Shown: in pieces, positions 47,303 to 57,336 of the stretch
How the letters are laid out: the number at the start of each line of letters is the position of its first letter
Position numbering within the stretch: position 1 is the stretch's first letter
From: a bacterium
GTDB lineage: Bacteria; CSSED10-310; JAJRTK01
Assembly: GCA_024278345.1 (NCBI GenBank)
Contig: JAJRTK010000277.1
Location: 3,612-67,611 of the forward strand
Length of the DNA: 64,000 nucleotides
Direction of reading: 5' to 3'
Notes under the pieces: generated by a model
Databases searched by the model: none
What the model was told of the DNA's origin: nothing
The model's input: only the letters and a program-made list of their open reading frames with translations
Made by a program: the position numbers and the translations under genes

Positions 47303-48394
47303 TCAAACAGCCCAGGGGGGCCGCCAATTCACAACCTCGTCCACCATCCAGCCCACTGCCTCTACGGGAGTTCCGGGCAGAACGCCGTGACCAAGGTTGA
47401 AGATGTGGCCACGACCGCCCCCGACATCGAGAATCGCTCGGGTTTTTGAGCGAACATGCGATTCCGGCCCAAAGAGAGTCACCGGATGAAGATTCCCCTG
47501 AACCGAAGAACCGCCCAAGCGCTGCCAGCACTCATCCACGGGAAGCTGCCAATCAATACCCACGACGTCGGCGCCGGCCTCCGAGACATCCTCCAAGAAT
47601 GCCGAGCACCCCTTGGGAAAGTAGATCACGGGAACTCGCCCGGAGATTCTCTGGACGATCTCCCGGACGAAAGGTAGGCAATAGCGGCGAAACTCCTCCC
47701 GTCCAAGGTTCCCGGCCCAAGTATCAAAAATTTGCACGGCTTGGGCACCCGCGTCCACTTGCGCCTCCAAATAAGCGGCAACCGTCTGGGTCAGCTTTTC
47801 AAGGAGTAAGAGTCCCGCGGATTCGTCATGGGCCAGGAAGCGGCCAAGCCAGGTAAACTGCTTGGCTCCGCTGCCCTCCACAAGATAGGTGGCCAAGGTA
47901 TATGGGGCGCCGGCAAACCCGATGAGAGGAACCCCCCGGCTCTCAAGTTCCCGACGCAGGAGACGCACCCCCTCCAAGACGTAGGGCACGGATTCCCGAG
48001 GATCGGGAACCCTCAATGCCTCCACTTGCTTTCGGCTGCGAATGGGATCACCGATAACCGGTCCAGGATTGAAAGTCAGATCGATCCCCATGGCCTCCAG
48101 CGGGACCATGATATCGGAAAAGAGGATCGCCGCGTCGAATCGGTACCGTTCGATGGGCTGAAGGGTCACCTCGCAGAGGAGATCGGGGCTCTTACAGAGC
48201 TCCAAGAAACTGACCTTCTCCCGCACCGCGCGATATTCAGGAAGGTATCGCCCAGCCTGGCGCATCATCCAGACGGGGGGTCTGTCCACGGACTCGCCTC
48301 GGCAAGCCTGCAAAAAACGTTGGTTCACGTTGTCTCCAATTGGGTGTTCGTTTCCCGGTGGCGGGATCAAGCCTCCACCCGGTGCCGGCGCCAA
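47303..48394 (-). CDS. hemE: Uroporphyrinogen decarboxylase.
   Basis: URO-D signature PPVWMMRQAGRYLPEYR. Length 363 aa. The first ~14 codons of the listed ORF overlap the 3' end of the giant gene and may not be translated. Confidence 0.9.
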   Translation of the reverse strand: MAPAPGGGLIPPPGNEHPIGDNVNQRFLQACRGESVDRPPVWMMRQAGRYLPEYRAVREKVSFLELCKSPDLLCEVTLQPIERYRFDAAILFSDIMVPLEAMGIDLTFNPGPVIGDPIRSRKQVEALRVPDPRESVPYVLEGVRLLRRELESRGVPLIGFAGAPYTLATYLVEGSGAKQFTWLGRFLAHDESAGLLLLEKLTQTVAAYLEAQVDAGAQAVQIFDTWAGNLGREEFRRYCLPFVREIVQRISGRVPVIYFPKGCSAFLEDVSEAGADVVGIDWQLPVDECWQRLGGSSVQGNLHPVTLFGPESHVRSKTRAILDVGGGRGHIFNLGHGVLPGTPVEAVGWMVDEVVNWRPPWAV

Positions 48395-51300
48395 ATAATC
48401 CGGCCAGCTCCAACCAGCAAGAGTAGCAAGGCCAAGAGAAGGAGAGCTTCCGACATCGCTCCCACGCTGGGGAGCAGGTCCGTCGCCTCCGTCCAGGTTC
48501 CATTGCCGCTATCAGGGTCGTCCGTGACCGCCGTGACGACAAAGCTCGTGCTCAAAGGAGTCACGGCCGTTGAAGAAACCGTTGTCTCCACCATGACGAT
48601 AGCGGTCTGCAGGGAAGCCAGCGAACCCAAATCGCAGGTCAAAGTCCCGCTATTGTCGGTGCAGCCCAGGGCGGAGACCAAGGTCAATCCTCCATCCAAA
48701 GTCACTTCCAAAGTGACTCCCGAGGCATCTGACGGCCCACCATTGGTCACCGTGGCCGTGTAATTTAGTTTTCCACCCACAGCGGCCGGATCCAGATCGT
48801 CGGCGACGCTCACCGAAAGATCGGCCGATGTCGTGACAACGATGCTCCCGGTTCCACTGTCATTCGCCGAGTTTTGGTCTCTGGTCGATGATGTCACCGT
48901 CCAAATCATGTCGGCCAAAGAGCTGGCGGAGGAATCGAGAAGGGCATCCAGATCCACCGAAATCGCACTGCCAGACGGGATGTCGCCAAGATCGCAGGTG
49001 ACCAGCCCTCCGCTTTCCGAGCAGCTCGCCGAAGTCGCCCGCACGGGCGCAACGAAGGTCAGGCCGTTGGGCAACGCCCCTGATAAGCTGCCACCACTGG
49101 CTGTCCGTGGTCCGTTGTTCGTCACCGTGACCGTATAGGTCACCGCCGAACCCGCAATGGCAGGACTGGTTGTCGAAACGGAAGTCACCTCCAGATCGGC
49201 ATACTCTTCCCCTTGCACGAAGAGCACCAGAGGATCGTGATCGGATGCACGCACGGGAGTGTTTGGATCGGCGGCGGCGCTCCCCTCATCGGGAGCGTCG
49301 GCGTTGACCCGACCGAACTCGATGCCCGTGACGGTTTGGGCCATGCTTTCGGAAGTTAAAATGTGATCCAGCACCTGCGCGGACCCGTTGGCCTGCCACG
49401 AATAGCGCTCTTCCAGAGCAAGATTCAGCACCTGATTGGTCATGTCCGGAGTGACCTCATCCGTCACGGGGATCACCGAATCATTGGGATCCGTCAGACC
49501 CCTTATCTGCCCCACGACATCGTAATAGCCGTCGGAGAACTCGAAGGCATTGAAATCCCCCAGCACAATGATGGGCATGTTCGGATCAGCAGTCTGGAGG
49601 GACTGGATATACTGGGAAAGCCTCGTCGCCTGCTCCAATCGCTTCTGCCGTGCAAACTCGCTGGAGTCCACGCCGATGAACGACCGCAAATGCACGGCGA
49701 TGGCCGTGAACGAGAAACTCGTGCCAACTCCGTCCACCTGACCTTCCAACACCAAGGGCACGCGGTCGTAGAGATCGTATGTCTGGCCATCGAGATCGAA
49801 GGTGTCGCTCAGGCCGAACTGGGAAAGGACGATGTTCGACACCTTCCCCTTGGTCAAGAAGCCCACCTGCTGAGAACCGGCGTTGGGGCTATCCATCAGA
49901 TGAGAAGTGTAGATCGTGTTGGGATCTTCGGTGGCAATCTGGGCCACCAGAGCATCGAGAGTCGCCTGATCCTGGACCTCCTCGATGGCCAAAATATCGG
50001 GTGCCTTGAGAACGTCGAGCACAAGCTTCGAAAACTTCTTCAGCCGGTCGGTCTCCGTGTTCCGAAGGAACTCCGTGTTCAACGTCGCCAGCGTGAATTC
50101 CCCGGGCAGCCGATCGCGGACGGCCCGGTAGGTAAAGGTGTTGGAAACGGAAAGGCTCTTGGGCTGAATCTGGTAGTCGCCAAAAACGAAGCCCAGCGGT
50201 CCCTCGGCCGTAAAGGTATCTCCGGCGGACATCTCCACCATGGGCAGGCCAAGAGCGTTGGGATCGAGTTCGAACAGCTCGGGGTTGCCATCCCAAACCG
50301 GGATTCCCGTGAGGCCCGGATACTCGATCCCCGCCTCTCTCAGCGCCCGGGCACGGCCGGGGGCCACCGCCATGAAGTCTCCGTACCGATTGCTGGCTCC
50401 ACTGACGATACCGTCGGTCACCTGGACAAGCATCCCCTCGAACCTCTCCAGAGGCGGCGGATCCGCTGGACTCGACGCCGGCGTCGTGCCGTCGAAAACC
50501 ACTGCCGCGGGAAGCGGATTGCCGGACGAAACCACCGTGACAACAGGAGATCGGGTGATCTCGGTGAAGCTGTAATACTCGTCCACAAGTCCTGTTACAT
50601 CCACCTCGTCGCCCACGGTCACCGATGGGGCGACCTCCGTGAAAACGAAGAGCCCTTCGGAGGTCGCCGGATCGCCATCATCCGTGCCATCGGGCGTCTG
50701 GATGTAGAATCCATCGGCGGCCACGGCTGTCACAAGGTTTCCTTTCAAAACCACGGCCCGGTCGATGTACGGTGACTTGCTGGCGGCCCCTTGGACCTCA
50801 TAAATCTTCAGCTCCGGCAGTGCCACGCAGCCGGAGAAACTCGTGCCATCGATGCGGACGCCCGGGGAGAAACGGCTCCCACCGGAACCCGTCGCCTGAG
50901 AATGCTGAACGTACGGCGGACTCCCAAGAATATCGGGATCGAGAGTGATGGAGTCGCCATTGGCCGCTTCCGCTCCATAGGTGACATCCACCACGTTGCT
51001 CGTGGGATCGTTGGGATCGCGGTAGACTTGAAGGGTGTCGCCAGCGTCATCAAGCCCCAGCCCGCCGGTGGAAGCCGTCTGGACAAGGGCGCCTCCAAAC
51101 GCATTTGGATCGGGAGTTCCACCGCCGAAAACCAGGACGGAGCACTGGTCGGGAAGAAAGCTCCCCGGAGGAAAAACATGGCGCGTGGCCGCGGCATCCT
51201 GCACGACCCACCCGTCTAGGTTGATGTCCACTCCGGAGTCGTTCACGAGTTCCAGGAACTCGTCTTGAGCGGCATCCACGGTGCCATCCCCATTGGCGTC

Positions 51301-54300
51301 GCCCGCGTTGGGATCCGGGGCCGAGTGGATTTCGTTCAGCACGGCCATGGGCGGTCGGCGGCCCGGGGTTGGGATCATGGAATCCCATGTTACCGACAGA
51401 TCCTCCGAGGTCTCGTCATTCCCCCGAAGCCCGTTTCCACCGTAGGGCACCTCGTTTCCCTCCCACGGGTCGATCCGCTGGAACGACTTCCCCGCCGAAT
51501 GCGCGGACGTGGAAATGACATCCTGGCTCGCCGTCACCGTGTCGGCCAAATAGGAGGTGGCCGCCGTATCACCGTCGGGGCCATCCACGGAGATTCCCGT
51601 CTTGTCCACGGCCTCCGCCTTGTCCCCCCAAACAGCATAGTCCAGATCCACGACAAGATCGGACTGGCCGTCCCACTGGTAGAGCACCATCACCTCGCCA
51701 CCACTCAAGCCACTGGAATCCAGGCTCCCATCCTGCTCCCACGGAAGATCGATGGAGCCGCTGAACGCCTCCAACATGTCGGGAACGTTAGGGTCCGTTC
51801 CATACAGCTCGTACGTGGGAGCCGACCCGTAAACAGCCTGAAAATCCAGCGCCCCCTGGACCGCAACCGTCTGGAAATCCCCCGACGCAATGGTCGCTCC
51901 AGAGGGGAACTTCGCATGAAAATCCCTGAAGCTCCCGCCACCAGCCAGGCAGGCGGCTACATTCCCCCCGCCGGTACAATCCGCCGTCACGATGTTGTAA
52001 TAGTAATCTCCCCCGCTGCTATAAGTCGCGTCGGTCAAATAGACGTCGGTCAAATCGATGGTGGCTGTGGTGGGGTTGTGGATCTCCACGAACTGCCCGG
52101 AATCCTGGCTCACCACCAGCTCAGAAAGCTGTAACGTTCGCTCTGGCGCGGGACAACCGGCAAATGGAACTCCGTCACTTTGGGTTCCAGGCGAAAACTG
52201 GACTCCCGGAGGGCCAGCCCCGGCGGTGGTGTGAGGCACGTATGGCATGGAACCGGTAATATCCGGATCCAGAGTGATCGACTGACCCTTCAAAGCCTCG
52301 GCGCCGAATGTCACCTGGACATCCGGATTGTTGGGATCCGCCGGGTTCGGAAGCAAAGAGATGGTGTCGCCGCCATCCACCAACCCCAGACCGCCGGAAG
52401 CCACCTGGACCGTGGTCTTCCCGAAATCCCCCACGGGAGTACCGCCGCCAAACAACACAAGTGCGCAGCCATCGGGAACAACGGTCCCCGAAGGAAAGGT
52501 GTGGACCAATCCCTGTCCCGTTGCCAGGCCCCAGCCCGAAAGATCCGCGGCGGCGCCGGTATTGTTCACCAGCTCGATAAACTCATCGGCGACTCCGTCT
52601 CTCGTGCCGTCGCCATTAGCGTCTCCCAATACGGCGTTCGGATCGATGAGATCTCCCGAATTCGGGTCGGTTATGGGATCGGAGTAGATCTCGTTCACCA
52701 CCCACTGGAATGGCGCCGGCTGGCCCGGCGTCACAGCCGCTGCTCTCCAAGTGGCCGATAGGTTCTCCGAGGTCTCGTCATGCCCCGTGACACCATTCCC
52801 TGCCACTTTGGTTTCCGTGCCCTCATTGAGATCAATCCGGTGCCACGACGAGCCGAAGGGGTGGGCTCCGGTGCTGACGATATCCTGGCTGGAAATTGCG
52901 GTATCGGCGGCATAAGCCGTCCCGGTGACGTCCAGGTCGGGACCATCAACGGAAACCCCCGTCTTGTCCACGGCTTCGACCTTATCGCCCCACACGGCGT
53001 AATCGATATCCCGCACCAGGTCCGAGACGCCATTCCAACGGTAAAGGATGACCACCTCACCGCTATTGGTCAAAGAACCCTGGTTGTTGATGGAACCCGC
53101 GGACGCCTCCCGCATATCCGGGATGGAGTCGGCGGCACCATCTTCGTAAAGCTCGTAGGTGGGGCTCACTCCCCACTGTGTCAGGAATGCGTCGGACCCC
53201 GCTAACGACACGGTTTGGTACTCCCCCGGGGCGATGGAGGACCCGGCGGGAAAACGGGCGTGAAAATCACCAAAATCGCCACCACCGGCGTTGGAACCGG
53301 TCACGATGTTGTAGTAGTAGTTCCCCCCCGTTGAGTAAGTGGCATCGGTCAAATAGAGATCATCCAGGGAAATCGTCACGGGCGTCGGGTTGTGGATTTC
53401 GATGAATTCACCTCCGGTAGGCGTCACCACGATCTCGCTCAAAAGGAGTGTCGGGCCTCCATTGGTCCCGCCCATGGTACAAGGCTGGTCCACCAAGGTC
53501 ACGCCGCCACCGGACGAGCTCCAGTCGTAACCGTCGTTGGGACCGGCTCCGTCGGGAAGCCTGGAAAAACAGCCCGTCTCCGTTCCCCCGCTCCAGCCAA
53601 GCTGATCCACCCGAACCCCCGAACCATCCATGAGATAGGCCACGTCACTGCCGGTGAAGTTCATGGTGCCGGAAAAATCTACTCCAGAAACCAACACGAG
53701 CCAGCCACCGGGTGCCACGGTGCCCCCGGCCAAAGGTGAAAGCTCATCTCCGTCGCTCAACACCCACCCTGTCAGATCGACCGCCACCGAGCCAGGGTTG
53801 TAGAGTTCCACCTGGTCCACGGCATTGGGATCGGGGAAGACATCGATCTCGTTCAGGATGGCGGATGTCCCCAGCGCCGTTCCCCCAACGTCGTTGGCAA
53901 CCCCCTGCGTGGGAGTGGCGTCAAGGTTCCAGTCCACGGCATCCACCCCGGTATCCAGGCCATCGGCGGTCCTGGCCGCACTGGATCCCACGGGAGCGAC
54001 GGGGGCTCCACCCTTCGTCCCATAGGCGACTCGGTCCACTTCCGCTCCGGTATTGTCGCACAGGACCAAGAAATCCCCCACATTGCTCAATGCAAAATTG
54101 TCTCCCGCTCCTCCCGCGGTCACAACGAAAAAACCGCCGTCGGCGATGTTCGTCCCCCCTGGAATCGTGCTGACTCCAACCCCGCAAGCCGCATCGTCAA
54201 GATACCAACCCGCCACGGAAATCACGCCGCTTCCAACGCTGTTATGAAGTTCCACCCACTCCGTGCCCTTCGGCACGAACTCGTTGATGGTGACCGCCGC

Positions 54301-54507
54301 TCCCGCCCCTGCTTCAAAGAAGATTAGCACCACCATCCAGGCAAGAACCGGGAGCCATCCTCCAACTGAAGGGAAACCGACCCGACTCGCCGCTCTTTCC
54401 ATGGGCGGCAAGGTCGAGGCCAGAGCTCCGTTCGGCAGACCAGAAAACGGGGCGTCGAACTCAGAACAGCGGCTTCCGGCGGGATTCATGGCACGTCCTC
54501 TCCTCAA
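48367..54507 (-). CDS. Giant (2046 aa) secreted, cell-anchored protein: six lamin-tail domains, an OB-like segment, an endonuclease/exonuclease/phosphatase (EEP) nuclease domain, two DUF11-type repeats, and a C-terminal TM anchor with a basic tail.
   Basis: Six LTD units with the NE(I/F)…(I/V)EL(H/Y/V)N…(D/N)L(S/T)GW signature (e.g. INEFVPKGTEWVELHN…AGWYL; ELVNNTGAAADLSGWGL). EEP C-terminal motif SDHDPL. DUF11-like TVTNNGP and TVTNGGP repeats. C-terminus LLPSVGAMSEALLLLALLLLLVGAG-RIIWRRHR. Confidence 0.8.
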   Translation of the reverse strand: MRRGRAMNPAGSRCSEFDAPFSGLPNGALASTLPPMERAASRVGFPSVGGWLPVLAWMVVLIFFEAGAGAAVTINEFVPKGTEWVELHNSVGSGVISVAGWYLDDAACGVGVSTIPGGTNIADGGFFVVTAGGAGDNFALSNVGDFLVLCDNTGAEVDRVAYGTKGGAPVAPVGSSAARTADGLDTGVDAVDWNLDATPTQGVANDVGGTALGTSAILNEIDVFPDPNAVDQVELYNPGSVAVDLTGWVLSDGDELSPLAGGTVAPGGWLVLVSGVDFSGTMNFTGSDVAYLMDGSGVRVDQLGWSGGTETGCFSRLPDGAGPNDGYDWSSSGGGVTLVDQPCTMGGTNGGPTLLLSEIVVTPTGGEFIEIHNPTPVTISLDDLYLTDATYSTGGNYYYNIVTGSNAGGGDFGDFHARFPAGSSIAPGEYQTVSLAGSDAFLTQWGVSPTYELYEDGAADSIPDMREASAGSINNQGSLTNSGEVVILYRWNGVSDLVRDIDYAVWGDKVEAVDKTGVSVDGPDLDVTGTAYAADTAISSQDIVSTGAHPFGSSWHRIDLNEGTETKVAGNGVTGHDETSENLSATWRAAAVTPGQPAPFQWVVNEIYSDPITDPNSGDLIDPNAVLGDANGDGTRDGVADEFIELVNNTGAAADLSGWGLATGQGLVHTFPSGTVVPDGCALVLFGGGTPVGDFGKTTVQVASGGLGLVDGGDTISLLPNPADPNNPDVQVTFGAEALKGQSITLDPDITGSMPYVPHTTAGAGPPGVQFSPGTQSDGVPFAGCPAPERTLQLSELVVSQDSGQFVEIHNPTTATIDLTDVYLTDATYSSGGDYYYNIVTADCTGGGNVAACLAGGGSFRDFHAKFPSGATIASGDFQTVAVQGALDFQAVYGSAPTYELYGTDPNVPDMLEAFSGSIDLPWEQDGSLDSSGLSGGEVMVLYQWDGQSDLVVDLDYAVWGDKAEAVDKTGISVDGPDGDTAATSYLADTVTASQDVISTSAHSAGKSFQRIDPWEGNEVPYGGNGLRGNDETSEDLSVTWDSMIPTPGRRPPMAVLNEIHSAPDPNAGDANGDGTVDAAQDEFLELVNDSGVDINLDGWVVQDAAATRHVFPPGSFLPDQCSVLVFGGGTPDPNAFGGALVQTASTGGLGLDDAGDTLQVYRDPNDPTSNVVDVTYGAEAANGDSITLDPDILGSPPYVQHSQATGSGGSRFSPGVRIDGTSFSGCVALPELKIYEVQGAASKSPYIDRAVVLKGNLVTAVAADGFYIQTPDGTDDGDPATSEGLFVFTEVAPSVTVGDEVDVTGLVDEYYSFTEITRSPVVTVVSSGNPLPAAVVFDGTTPASSPADPPPLERFEGMLVQVTDGIVSGASNRYGDFMAVAPGRARALREAGIEYPGLTGIPVWDGNPELFELDPNALGLPMVEMSAGDTFTAEGPLGFVFGDYQIQPKSLSVSNTFTYRAVRDRLPGEFTLATLNTEFLRNTETDRLKKFSKLVLDVLKAPDILAIEEVQDQATLDALVAQIATEDPNTIYTSHLMDSPNAGSQQVGFLTKGKVSNIVLSQFGLSDTFDLDGQTYDLYDRVPLVLEGQVDGVGTSFSFTAIAVHLRSFIGVDSSEFARQKRLEQATRLSQYIQSLQTADPNMPIIVLGDFNAFEFSDGYYDVVGQIRGLTDPNDSVIPVTDEVTPDMTNQVLNLALEERYSWQANGSAQVLDHILTSESMAQTVTGIEFGRVNADAPDEGSAAADPNTPVRASDHDPLVLFVQGEEYADLEVTSVSTTSPAIAGSAVTYTVTVTNNGPRTASGGSLSGALPNGLTFVAPVRATSASCSESGGLVTCDLGDIPSGSAISVDLDALLDSSASSLADMIWTVTSSTRDQNSANDSGTGSIVVTTSADLSVSVADDLDPAAVGGKLNYTATVTNGGPSDASGVTLEVTLDGGLTLVSALGCTDNSGTLTCDLGSLASLQTAIVMVETTVSSTAVTPLSTSFVVTAVTDDPDSGNGTWTEATDLLPSVGAMSEALLLLALLLLLVGAGRIIWRRHRVEA

Positions 54508-54625
54508 AACGGGGCAGAGCGGGTGAAAAGTGAGACCCGTGGGGATTTTTCTTTCTTGACTGTCCTATATCACTTCGGGGCAAGGCGAGCCAGACGGCTT
54601 GCCGATCCAGATTGCGGGCCGACGG

Positions 54626-54682
54626 GTGAGCGATGGGAGCGGCCGCGATCAGCGCGAACGGAACTCAAACAAAAGCCTCGAC
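54626..54682. repeat. Dispersed repeat R3, copy 2, in the divergent intergenic region between the giant nuclease gene and the kinase-FGE gene.
   Basis: About 90% identical to 26268-26326. Confidence 0.55.
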
Positions 54683-54859
54683 TTCGCCATGGTGTTGCCT
54701 GGCGAACAAGTTTCTGGAACCATGGCAGCAAAAGAGTTAGAGTCCGTAAGAAGATGAACTCCTGTCCTGAAGGTCGCAGTCTTCGGTGGTCAGTGCATCA
54801 GGGAAATCCCAAACGGGAAAACTAACTTTTGCAGCCCTTTAGCATGGCTGAAACACGCC

Positions 54860-57313
54860 GTGGAACAGGCGGGCGGAACGAAGATGAACAACACCAAACC
54901 CGGGCAAGATCCAGGGAATGGCAACGAAGAGAGAATCGTTGATCCAGGCCGTGCTCTGCTTCGGGCGGCGGTGCGTGCTGTAGCCCTGGGCCTGATACCG
55001 GGCGGTCTTTTTGTGGGCTCGCTTTTCGAGGAAGTTGTCTCGCCCTGGTGCGAGGCCGGCTGGAAGTGGTTGAATAACCGCAAAAAGAAGGAACAGCAAC
55101 AGGCCATTGACGGGCTTGCGCGGATCCCTGTGGAGGATGCGCGGCGGATCGCGGAAGAGGAGCTCGGCGGATCGAAGCTGACGCCCGAGGAACGGGAAAA
55201 AGTCGCCGACTATCTGGCGGTCATCCCCATGACGGCGCGGCGTGCCATCCAGCATACCCAAGATGGAGGAAAACCGGCGACCCTCCTGTCTCAGCTCCCG
55301 GCACACCAAGACTCGCTGATGAAGTTCCTGCCTCTCCGGCCTCCTCGGTTCAAGGCCGGGCACAAGGTTCCTTCCTACGATTTCGAACTGGAGCTGCTCC
55401 TGGGCCAGGGTGGTTTCGGCGAAGTCTGGAAGGCGCGGCACATTCGCCGGCAGTCGGTGCCGCCCAGAGCCTTCAAATTTTGCCTGGACGAGTCGGTGAG
55501 GGTAAGCCTTGAGCGGGAGCTCGATCTTCTGGACCATATCGAGGCTAAGGGCCGACACCCGGGGATCGTCCAGCTCCTTGGAACAGCGATGACGGCGGCC
55601 CCCCCCTTCTTGATGTACGAGTACATCGACGGCGGAGACCTGGTGGCCTGGCTGGCGAGCTTCGACGGACGCCCTCCGCCGGCACGGGACGTGATGCGCA
55701 TCCTTTGGATGACGACCGAAGCTCTTGGCTTCGCCCATGAGCTCAATATTGTTCACCGCGATCTCAAGCCCGCGAACCTGCTCATCACCCGAAAAGGGCG
55801 CATCAAGATCGCCGACTTCGGCATCGGAGCCTTGAACGCTCACGCCGCCGCGGTTGGCGAAGCAAGCCCGGCGGCATCACAGATGTCCCTGCTCCAAGGG
55901 GCCTGCACGCCCATGTACGCTGATCTTGCGCAACAACGGGGAGAAAGGGTCGATGCCCGCGCCGACGTCTATGCCCTTGGGGTGATCGTCTATCAGCTCC
56001 TCCTAGGCGACGTCACTCAGGCACTCTCCCCCTACTGGAGGGAAGAGCTCGAGGATCGGCAGATTCCCGGTTCCGTCGTGGATCTCGTGGCATCGTGCAT
56101 CTGCTCTCCAAAGCGCCGGATTCCCGATGCCAATGCCCTCCTTGCGGAAATGCAAAGGCTCAGAAAAGCCTCTCGAAAGGGCCGGACATCCGCGCCAACC
56201 TCTCCCGGCCCGGCACAAAAAAATCGCCAACCGGCACAAACGGCGACTCTGGCACCACCAATGCCTGGCCCACAGCCTCCGGTATCGTCCATGGTGCCAC
56301 CGCTTGGGCCGCCAGTAGAGGCGACATCGCCTCCTAAAAGCGCCCGCTTCTCCAATTCCGGGCCCTCCACCCGGGAGCTGCTTCTGGCAACCTTCGAGAC
56401 GGATTCCGACGGCAAGACTGGGCAGCCCTCATCAACCGCTCTTCCACCCTCCTTCCAACAAATGATCCACCGGACGATCCACCGGTTCGATAGCGTGACG
56501 CCCACCTCCATGTCCATGGTCGTCGATGAAGAATCTGAAACCTCTTCGGGTCCCAGCATCGGTGATACTCGCTGGATTCCACTCTCTGAAACAGCCAGGC
56601 TGGGATTCGTCTGGGTTCCAGGTGGCACCTTCCAGATGGGGGCAACCGGTGACGACCGCCATGCCGAGCCGGACGAGAAACCGCCACACATGGTGCGCCT
56701 CACCGGATTTTGGCTGAGCCGAACTCCGGTGACGCAAGAAGAGTGGGACGCGGTCATGCGGGGCGCCACGGTGACGCAGGGCTGGGTCTTTCGCAAGACT
56801 TCCTCCCTGGAGTCGCCCAGCGCCTTCCGCGGCCCGGCCCGACCGGTGGAAAACGTGTCCTGGAACGATCTCCAGGTTTTTCTGAAACGAGCTCCTCTCA
56901 GCCTCCGCCTCCCCACGGAAGCCGAATGGGAATACGCGGCTCGGGGCGGATTGACGGCAATCCGCTACGACGCAGTGGACGAGGTGGCATGGTACGCCGG
57001 CAACAGCAAACGGCAGACCCAACCCGTGGGCCTCTTAAAACCCAACCAATACGGACTTTACGACATGCTGGGCAACGTATGGGAGTGGTGCCTGGACGTG
57101 TACCACGTGGATGCCTACAAGAGCCGTCGCGGGATCACCGACAACCCCCGCGTCAACAGCCCCTCCACCGGAGATCGAGTCCTCCGCGGAGGCGCCTGGT
57201 ACACACCGGCCCCCATCATCCGAGCCTCGAACCGCTTCGCCGACTCTCCGGATCGAAGAAGCCCCAACACCGGATTCCGCGTCGTCCTCCGCGACCGGTG
57301 GGACACGGTTTAA
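54860..57313 (+). CDS. Ser/Thr protein kinase fused to a C-terminal formylglycine-generating-enzyme (FGE/SUMF1-like) domain.
   Basis: Kinase motifs GQGGFGEVWKA, HRDLKPANLLI, DFG and a PE-containing activation segment. C-terminal FGE-type motifs: GFWLSRTPVTQEEW, NVWEWC, RGGAWYT…RFADSPDRRSPNTGFRVV. A Pro-rich linker (SAPTSPGPAQKNRQPAQTATLAPPMPGPQPP) lies between them. Confidence 0.75.
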   Translation: MEQAGGTKMNNTKPGQDPGNGNEERIVDPGRALLRAAVRAVALGLIPGGLFVGSLFEEVVSPWCEAGWKWLNNRKKKEQQQAIDGLARIPVEDARRIAEEELGGSKLTPEEREKVADYLAVIPMTARRAIQHTQDGGKPATLLSQLPAHQDSLMKFLPLRPPRFKAGHKVPSYDFELELLLGQGGFGEVWKARHIRRQSVPPRAFKFCLDESVRVSLERELDLLDHIEAKGRHPGIVQLLGTAMTAAPPFLMYEYIDGGDLVAWLASFDGRPPPARDVMRILWMTTEALGFAHELNIVHRDLKPANLLITRKGRIKIADFGIGALNAHAAAVGEASPAASQMSLLQGACTPMYADLAQQRGERVDARADVYALGVIVYQLLLGDVTQALSPYWREELEDRQIPGSVVDLVASCICSPKRRIPDANALLAEMQRLRKASRKGRTSAPTSPGPAQKNRQPAQTATLAPPMPGPQPPVSSMVPPLGPPVEATSPPKSARFSNSGPSTRELLLATFETDSDGKTGQPSSTALPPSFQQMIHRTIHRFDSVTPTSMSMVVDEESETSSGPSIGDTRWIPLSETARLGFVWVPGGTFQMGATGDDRHAEPDEKPPHMVRLTGFWLSRTPVTQEEWDAVMRGATVTQGWVFRKTSSLESPSAFRGPARPVENVSWNDLQVFLKRAPLSLRLPTEAEWEYAARGGLTAIRYDAVDEVAWYAGNSKRQTQPVGLLKPNQYGLYDMLGNVWEWCLDVYHVDAYKSRRGITDNPRVNSPSTGDRVLRGGAWYTPAPIIRASNRFADSPDRRSPNTGFRVVLRDRWDTV

Positions 57314-57336
57314 CTCCGACTCCCCGGCGCCTCAGA

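Noticed and set aside
54523-54825. A 100-aa ORF in the giant-gene / kinase-FGE intergenic region.
   Set aside because: It covers the R3 repeat copy in a different frame from the coding copy. It is Arg-rich with no translation signals and is probably a promoter/regulatory region.
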